Positions 37,169 through 63,222 of a DNA stretch of 63,222 bases are shown piece after piece. The DNA comes from Octopus bimaculoides (lineage: Eukaryota), in contig NC_069009.1 in the NCBI RefSeq assembly GCF_001194135.2, forward strand, positions 1,469,431 to 1,532,652, in the 5' to 3' direction. How positions within the stretch are numbered: the stretch's first letter is position 1; each line of letters starts with the position of its first letter. The translations under genes and the position numbers were made by a program. Under the pieces are notes generated by a model. That model made no database searches, was not told where the DNA came from, and was given only the letters and a program-made list of their open reading frames with translations.

Positions 37169-38944
37169 TTATCCTGTATGAATATGTTTGTGTCTAGTTA
37201 AGTGATTTCTCTGAGAGAATGATTTACCACAGATATCACACTGATATGGTTTCTCTCCTGTATGAATGTATTTGTGTCTATTTAAATTACCTATCTGAGA
37301 AAACGATCTACCACAGATATCACAGCAATGTGGCTTCTCTCCTGTGTGAGTGCGTCTGTGTTCAGTTAACACATATCTTCCAGAGAATAGCTGACCACAG
37401 AACTCACAGTGATATGCTTTCCCCGCCGTATGAACGTATTCGTGAGGAATAAGGGAGCTTTTGAAAGAGAATGACTGTCCACTTATCTCACAGTGATTCG
37501 CTAACGTATTGCTTCCAGAGAACGATTTTCCGCATATATCATGGCAATGTGACACATGTGGCTTCTCTCCAGTGTGCATAAGTTGGTGAATAGTTAAATT
37601 TCTTCCTACAGAGAATGATTGATCACTGCTATCACAGCAATGAGGCATCTCCCCAGTATGAGAAGTTTGTGAGAAAGTTTTGCCACAAATATCACAGTGA
37701 TATTGTTTCTCTCCAGTGTGAGTGGATTTATGAGAAGTAAGATTATAACTTAGAGCGAAAGATCTATCACAGATATCACACTGATATCGCTTCTCTCCTG
37801 TATGAATAAGTTTGTGAGCAGCAAAATTACTTCTGAAAGAAAAAGTTTTGCCACAAATATCACAGCGATATCGTTTCTCTCCTGTGTGAGTATAGTTGTG
37901 AGTGGTAAGGGTACTCTTTTGAGAGAATGATTTTCCACAGATATCACAGTGATATCGCTTCTCTCCAGTGTGAATGTATTTATGAGAAGTAAGGTTACCT
38001 CTTTGAGCGAAAGATCTGCTACAAATATTACACTGATATCGTTTCTCTCCTGTGTGAATGTATTTATGAGAAGCAAGAGTACTCTTGCGAGGGAAAGACT
38101 TTCCACAGATATCACAGTGATATTGTTTCTCTCCTGTATGAATATATTTGTGAGAAATAAGGGTACTCTTGCGAGGGAATGATTTAGCACAGATATCACA
38201 CTGATATTGTTTCTCTCCTGTATGAATAAGTTTGTGAGAAATAAGGGTACTCTTGTGAGAGAATGACTCTCCACAGATATCACACTGATATCGTTTCTCT
38301 CCTGTATGAATGTATTCGTGAGAATTAAGGGTACTCTTTTGAGAAAATGATTTTCCACAGATATCACAGTGATATCGCTTCTCACCTGTATGAATGTATT
38401 TGTGAGAAGTAAGGGTGCTCTTGCGAAGGAATGATTTTCCACAGATATCACAGTGATATCGTTTCTCTCCTGTGTGAGTATAGTTGTGAGTGGTAAGGGT
38501 ACTCTGTTGAGAGAATGATTTTCCACAGATATCACAGCGATATCGTTTCTCTCCGGTGTGAATGTATTTATGAGAAGCTAGATTACCTCTTTGAGAGAAA
38601 GATCTGCTACAGATATCACACTGATATCGTTTCTCTCCAGTGTGAATGTATTTATGAGAAGCAAGATTACTTCTTTGAGAGAAAGATCTGCTACAGATAT
38701 CACACTGATATCGTTTCTCTCCTGTATGACTGTGTTTGTGATAAATAAGGCTACTCTTGCGAGGGAATGACTTACCACAGATATCACACTGATATGGCCT
38801 CTCTCCTCTACAAATATGTTTAATGAAATTCTTCTGAGTAGAGAAAGACTTTTTGCAGATATCACAATCATGTGATGTTTTGCTTCTGTCTATTGTCATC
38901 TTTTCAGAAAATGAGTCATCCTTTACATTTCTCACAGAACTCAT
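37169..38944 (-). CDS. C2H2 zinc-finger gene H, ~16 intact fingers plus several decayed in-frame fingers
   Basis: ATG at 38944; open to TAA at 37169; paralog of G. Confidence 0.93.
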   Translation of the reverse strand: MSSVRNVKDDSFSEKMTIDRSKTSHDCDICKKSFSTQKNFIKHICRGERPYQCDICGKSFPRKSSLIYHKHSHTGEKRYQCDICSRSFSQRSNLASHKYIHTGEKRYQCDICSRSFSQRGNLASHKYIHTGEKRYRCDICGKSFSQQSTLTTHNYTHTGEKRYHCDICGKSFLRKSTLTSHKYIHTGEKRYHCDICGKSFSQKSTLNSHEYIHTGEKRYQCDICGESFSHKSTLISHKLIHTGEKQYQCDICAKSFPRKSTLISHKYIHTGEKQYHCDICGKSFPRKSTLASHKYIHTGEKRYQCNICSRSFAQRGNLTSHKYIHTGEKRYHCDICGKSFSQKSTLTTHNYTHTGEKRYRCDICGKTFSFRSNFAAHKLIHTGEKRYQCDICDRSFALSYNLTSHKSTHTGEKQYHCDICGKTFSQTSHTGEMPHCCDSSDQSFSVGRNLTIHQLMHTGEKPHVSHCHDICGKSFSGSNTLANHCEISGQSFSFKSSLIPHEYVHTAGKAYHCEFCGQLFSGRYVLTEHRRTHTGEKPHCCDICGRSFSQIGNLNRHKYIHTGEKPYQCDICGKSFSQRNHLTRHKHIHTG

Positions 38945-39520
38945 TGTTCTATATTTCTTATACAACCACAAATTATATAGTTCTTCTTTTCTCTGTTATA
39001 TATTTCGATNNNNNNNNNNTACAAATATGTTTAATGAAATTCTTCTGAGTAGAGAAAGACTTTTTGCAGATATCACAATCATGTGATGTTTTGCTTCTGT
39101 CTATTGTCATCTTTTCAGAAAATGAGTCATCCTTTACATTTCTCACAGAACTCATTGTTCTATATTTCTTATACAACCACAAATTATATAGTTCTTCTTT
39201 TCTCTGTTATATATTTCGATATTCTTTTAAATACCTCTACCACAATATTTTCAGCAGCAACTCTCACTGTTATCAATATCTGAAGATTCTTCAAAGTTCA
39301 AGCTGAATGTAAAGTACTTTTGTAAATATTCCAGTAAATGCAGAAAACAAAATGCTGCTATGAATTTAGAAGAAATATTTCGCAGTTATTCACCATAGAT
39401 ATGGCATACAAACAGGATTACAATTATTATTTATAGCATCTTCCTCTTGTCTTCAAAACATAATCAATATTAACGATGTATCTGCAGTAAAGATTCGTGT
39501 ATGCCCCAGCGTCAGAGATT

Positions 39521-40446
39521 CTGAAACGATACAGAAAATACTTAAAAAGTAGATATTCAACAATTGGAAATATTACTACATTTTCATAATTATAAACTGT
39601 CGAAATAAACTTTTACTTCAATAATTGGTCTTTGCTATTTATCTTGTTATTGATCACTGTTGTTTAATTCTAGGTCATCCTTGACTGAGCAGATCTGGAT
39701 CTTTCTGATCTCTGATAGTTGTTGTTGACAAACTACGGCATTAATTTTATTCAAGGGAAAAGATCCCATTACACCGCACAATGTGTGGTGTTCACAATTC
39801 ACAGCAGCAATTATTTTCACTTCAATAGACGTCAGTGATTGCTTGAAATTACCGAAATACGACAATTTTTTACACGAACAATTTTTTATCTGTTCTATAA
39901 CACAAAATATACAATTATACGAAGTTTGAAAGTGTTTCGGTACCAAAAACACTACATAAAACATAAATGAAAAGTGGTGTCCGTCAATTCAGAAAGATCC
40001 ACTTTATTCAAAATGAATCTAACGTTTTCCCCTACATTTTACTCGCTAATTGCAGTGTGTAGCACTTATAATTATGAAATGTTTCGTTGAAATAAACACT
40101 TTGGGTTACTATGGTTTTACGAAAAGTCAAACAGGAAATTACCAAAATATTTTACCTGATTTGACATATCACTCAGTCTTTAATGTGAATTATCTTTTAA
40201 TTAAATCGAGGAGCGATGTAACGGGAAATTAAAAGTGGAAGACTGGAAAAAAATCTGGTAGGATTGGATTCACGTCGAAGATTAACGAAGTACAAGTCTG
40301 CCAACCTGATAATATAATTCGTAGGTCAAGGTATACCACAGTAGATGTCGCGAATCAATGTGTGAATTCTTACGTATCGTGTGTGGGGGGGAACCTCACA
40401 GCAAAAGACTGTCCCTACGTACTCCAAGAGGCTGCACCATACATAC
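39521..40446 (-). other. Predicted 5' UTR intron of ZNF H
   Basis: Homologous acceptor. The donor AG|GTATGT is inferred only from its 96-nt spacing to the conserved upstream motif at 40542. Confidence 0.4.
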
Positions 40447-40594
40447 CTACTCCAACTTAGTGCTATGCGCTGGTAACGAAGCCCAGCAAGTGAGATAACT
40501 CCATAAACATCAAAATCCGTATGTTATCTCGGAATATCGCACCGACACTAAAAAACAAACGAAACGAACCGTCACATTTATTCTTTTGCTTTAA

Positions 40595-41018
40595 TCTTTT
40601 ACTTGTTTCAGTCATTAGATCGTAGTCATGCTGGGCCACCTCGTTGAAGAATTTTGGGCGGAATTTTGGTTTAAGCACACTATATTACCCCCTCTTTTAC
40701 CCGTTTCAGTCATGCTGGAGCACCGTCTTTAGTCGAGCAAATCGAATCCCAGGACTTATTCTTTGTAAGCCTAGTACTTTATTCTATCGGTTATTTTTGC
40801 CGAACCGCTAAGTTACGGTGACGTAAACACACCAGCATCGGTTGTCAAGCGGACAAACACAGACACACAAACATACACACGCATACATATATATATATAT
40901 ATATACGACAGGCTTCTTTCAGTTTCCGTCAGCCAAATCCACTCACAAGGCTTTGGTCGGCCCGAGGCTATAGTAGAAGACACTTGCCCAAGGTGTCACG
41001 CAGTGGGACTGAACCCGT
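40595..41018 (-). mobile_element. SINE family B
   Basis: Family similarity. Confidence 0.85.
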
Positions 41019-41614
41019 AACTTTTTTTCTTTTTCTTTTGGAATTTTCAGAAAATTTTTAGAACACTGTCGTTCTACACACGGGAAATCAAACTACTAGA
41101 CAACAAAAAAAAATAATAAAAAATTGGTGCTTGATTTAAAGGTTTTGCTGTTATTTTTAGCACATCTCACGACCACCTCATACCCTCCTCGTTTGTCACT
41201 CTTACGCAGTGGTTCCCAACCTTTTCACTATCAAGGTACCCCTTTTATTTAAATGAGTTTTCCCAACGGACCCCAGGGTATGGAAAGGTCTGTTAGCTTA
41301 ACATGCTGACTTACAAAACAGAAAAAAATTATTTTGTTTGGTCAATGCCGTCCTTGCATCCGAAGATTATGGGGATGACAAAAGAATAAACGATTCTCTT
41401 ATGCACTTCATTAGCTTACAGCTGTTTCTGCTAGAAGATGCAGTGGACTCATTGTCGAGTGTATGAGTAACTGATAAGGCGAGGGGGCTGCACCAGGTTC
41501 CATAGTCTATTTTTGGCTTGGTTTCGACAGCTGGATGCCCTTCCTCACGCCAGTCACTTTACAGAGTGGACTGCATGCTTTTTACACGGCACCATCACCA
41601 GTGCTTTTTAAGTA

Positions 41615-41960
41615 ACACCATTGCCAATGCTTTTTATGTGACACCGTCACCAGAGTTTTTCCGTGACACCATCACCAGCGCTTTTCCTGTGACACCATCA
41701 CCAGAGCTTTTCCCGTGACACCATCACGAGCGCTTTTCCCGTGACACCATCACGAGAACTTTTCCCGTGACACCATCACCAGTGCTTTTCCCGTGACACC
41801 ATCACCAGCGCTTTTTATGTGACACCATCACCAGCGCTTTTTATGTAACACCATGGCCAATGCTTTTCACGTGACACCATCACCAGTGCTTTTTATGCAG
41901 AACCAGCTCAAGTTCTTTTTACATGCCACCAGCACCTACACCAATGCTTTTAAGTGACAC
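41615..41960. repeat. Minisatellite, 25-26 bp unit GTGACACCATCACCAG(C/T)GCTTTT(C/T)CC, ~12 copies
   Basis: Direct inspection; grows out of a family D-like fragment at ~41530. Confidence 0.85.
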
Positions 41961-42915
41961 CTTGGTTTCAGGATCTCAATTCTGTTGTGGTGGGCAGGTC
42001 TTCAGTACAGCAAAGCATTAGATATCTCAGTCCTCTGTCATCTCCTTCGGAAAGTTCAGCATTTACAATTCAGTAAAAGAGTTTAACACATAAACATAGA
42101 CTAAAAAAACGAAATACACCATTTTTTAATTAATTATATTCTTTTATTAAATTGTTCAATTTTTTTAATTGCTTTAAGATAATATATATATAAAACACAT
42201 ATAGTAAAAAAGACAGACAAGAACAATACATATACAAGAACTATATATACATGCTTACACACACACAAACATGTATGTATATATATATATATATATAATA
42301 TTTTATATGTAATGGAGTCTCCCGTCGTTTGACGACGTATGAGGGTTCAACAATTTCTTACTGAACAACCACACAGATGATTTGTTCATGGTGATCAAAT
42401 GTTTTGTGTAGACATAAGCTTACTCCCTCCATCAGATCGATATTAACTGTACAGGTGTAACGAGGTGCCACGTGTCAGATGTTGAAATGATTGCAGAGCA
42501 ACGTGAGTGCTTTGCTCCAGAACGCAACACAACGGCCGGTCTGGGAATCGAACCCGTGACAAATACAACAACACACACACAGACAGGCACATGTACAGAC
42601 ACCGTTTTACATATATATTTCAAATATGTATTAATATAAACGGCAGTGCACCAGCATGGCCACAGCTCTAAGCTGAAACTATAGGGAAAAAAAAAAATGT
42701 ATGTGCATATACACATTCGTGTGTGTGTGTGTGTGTGTGTGCCAGGTTTCCTTAGTCTCACAAAGCATCGCATCAGTCTTGGTAGTCTCATTTCACATCA
42801 CCCTTCAGTTCAACTTCAGTAGGTGTTGTTCCTTAGTTGGTGGTGGTGGTGGTCGTGATGGGAACAACATACTTGATGTATAAAAGTGCGTGTGTGTGTG
42901 TTATCTCCTCCTTTG

Positions 42916-61388
<18,473 letters not shown>

Positions 61389-61816
61389 CTTTCACCACGT
61401 TTATAATGCAGCGACACCTATAAACATAATTTCAACCTCGCGCCCTTTTTCATGAATTGTCTCCTCTTCGTCCAGTTCGGAGCGACGGTTTAGAAATGAT
61501 TATGGTGTAATCATGAACTAAAGCGACGTTAATTAAAATAAGCTAATGATAATCTTGGCGAATGTATAAAAAAATTGCCTTGGCAACACTGAACGACCGA
61601 ATCGAAGAAATAAGTCCTTTGAAATAGTATGTTCGTTCTCTTTTTCATGAAATTACATTGTTTTGAAATTTATTTTGATTATTGTGGCTGTGTGGTAAGA
61701 GGCTTGCTTCTTGACCTCAAAGCCCTGAGTTCAGTCTCAGTGCGTTGCACCATAGAAAAGTTCTTCTGCAATATCCTCGGTCCAACCAAAGCTTTGTGAT
61801 TTGATTTGGTAGACAC

Positions 61817-62280
61817 ATCATCATTTAACGTCCGCTTTCCATGCTAGCATGGGTTGGACGATTTGACTGAGGACTGGCAAACCAGATTGCTGCACCAGGC
61901 TCCAATCTGATTTGTCAGAGTTTCTACAGCTGGATGCCCTTCCTAACACCAACTACTCCGAGAGTGTAATGGGTGCTTTTTACGTGCCACTGGCACGAGG
62001 GCCAGTCAGGCCGTACTGGCAACGGCTACGCTCAAAATGGTGCTTTTTACGTGCCACCTACACGAGAGCCAGTCCAGCGGCACTGGCAACGACCTCGCTC
62101 GAATGTTTTTTCACGTGCCACCGGCACAAGTGCCAGTAAGGCGATGCTAGTACCGATCACGCTCAAATGGTGCAATTTACGTGCCACTGGCAGGGAAGCC
62201 AGACAGCTGGTCTGGCAATGATCACGCTCGCATGGTGCTGTTAGCGCTCCACTGGCACAGATGCCAGTCATCGAATTTGG
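61817..62280 (-). mobile_element. Retroposon family D, long copy upstream of CPSF3
   Basis: Family similarity. Confidence 0.8.
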
Positions 62281-62496
62281 TTCAATTACGATTTCGATAA
62301 CCGTGGTAATGCCGCGAAAATGTTGGATTGTTTCAGTAGGTTCCGTCGAACCTTGTGATGTGCAACCAATTGAGGCACTTCGTGTTGAATGGATAGTTTT
62401 TTTTTTTCTCATATTTCTTTTTTCGCTCTTGTTTGTGTTTCCTTCGATTTTAGAACTGTATCTCAATGTGGTTTTGTAACATATGTATCATATAAA

Positions 62497-62848
62497 ATAG
62501 TAAAGAGTAAAGACCCGCCCCCTTTGGTCATGAATGACCATGGGATTGCACCTAGAAAGTTCCTCTCCAAGACAAAAGTTCGAGTAAGGCTGTCTATGGA
62601 AGACCAGCAGTCACCCATCTATACCGGCCTCCCCCCTCTACACCACCAATGTTATCCAAGGGATAAAGCAAAGGGGCCAATACAGCTTGGCACCAGTGAC
62701 ATCGCAACTCATTTCTAAAGCTGAGTGAACTGGAGCAATAAGAAATAAAGTATCTCGCTCAAGAACACCACACACAGCCCAGTCCGGAGATTGAACTCAC
62801 TACTTAATTACTGTGAGCCCGACGCTCTAACCTCTGAGCCACACGCAA
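62497..62848 (-). mobile_element. tRNA-derived SINE related to family E in its 5' half
   Basis: Reverse complement shows A/B-box-like head and shared CTTGAGC..CTCCAGT..CACTCAGCTG block. Confidence 0.6.
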
Positions 62849-62920
62849 ATCTCAATATAGCCGTGTTATATATGTAACAAAATAATAAAGTTTAGAAAAC
62901 TATTATATATATACTATTAT

Positions 62921-63222
62921 GTGGCCCAGTGGTTAGGGCAGCGGACTCGCGGGCATAGGATCGCGGTTTCGATTCCCAAACCGGGCGTTGTGAGTGTTTA
63001 TTGAGCAAAAACACCTAAAGCTCCACGAGGCTCCGGCAGGGGATGGTGGTGAACCCTGCTGTACTCTTTCACCACAACTTTCTCTCACTCTTACTTCCTG
63101 TTTCTGTTGTGTCTGTAATTCAAAAGGGTCAGCCTTGTCACACTCTGTGTCACGCTGAATATCCCCGAGAACTACGTTAAGGGTATACGTGTCTGTGAAG
63201 TGCTCAGCCACTTGTACGTTAA
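62921..63222 (+). mobile_element. SINE family A, truncated by window end
   Basis: tRNA head and body match the other copies. Confidence 0.88.

Noticed and set aside
17112-38871. Numerous ORFs such as MISVVNHSL... and MIYHRYH... overlapping ZNF genes
   Set aside because: Alternate-frame or antisense shadows of the 84-bp finger repeat with non-ATG starts; no independent evidence
38810-39220. Second start of ZNF H (ORF 38973-39182)
   Set aside because: Exact ~200-bp repeat on both sides of a 10-N gap; assembly echo. The same pattern occurs at 25950-26050 and 46967-47040.

Overview
Eukaryotic, AT-rich, gapped scaffold. It is most likely an octopus (coleoid cephalopod); this is inferred from the tandem array of effector-less C2H2 genes and the dense tRNA-derived SINEs with microsatellite cores. 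The left ~41 kb holds a tandem cluster of 8 multi-finger C2H2 zinc-finger genes, labelled A-H here (orientation - + + - - - - -). Each has its whole CDS in one exon. Most are built from one duplicated cassette: conserved upstream motif, non-coding exon 1, intron, 5' UTR with an 18-codon uORF, finger array, and a 3' UTR made of decayed fingers. An orphan exon-1 block at the window start implies a further gene to the left. The right ~20 kb holds CPSF3 (CPSF73 pre-mRNA 3' endonuclease) on the minus strand, 42916-61388. Sixteen exons were mapped with GT-AG sites and consistent phases; a 17th (exon 6) starts at the edge of an N-gap. Interspersed elements are two hAT MITEs with 8-bp TSDs, mariner, pogo, Penelope GIY-YIG and RTE-like remnants, at least five SINE families (A-E, my labels) and minisatellites. 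Best leads: (1) a modular KRAB-less ZNF cassette whose recognition helices diverge while its cis-elements persist; (2) a 64-bp near-perfect hairpin in CPSF3 intron 1 whose arms carry a degenerate minimal-hammerhead motif; (3) one pogo transposon split into complementary halves between two duplicated units. Repeat boundaries are approximate unless a TSD is quoted. All alignments were done by eye.
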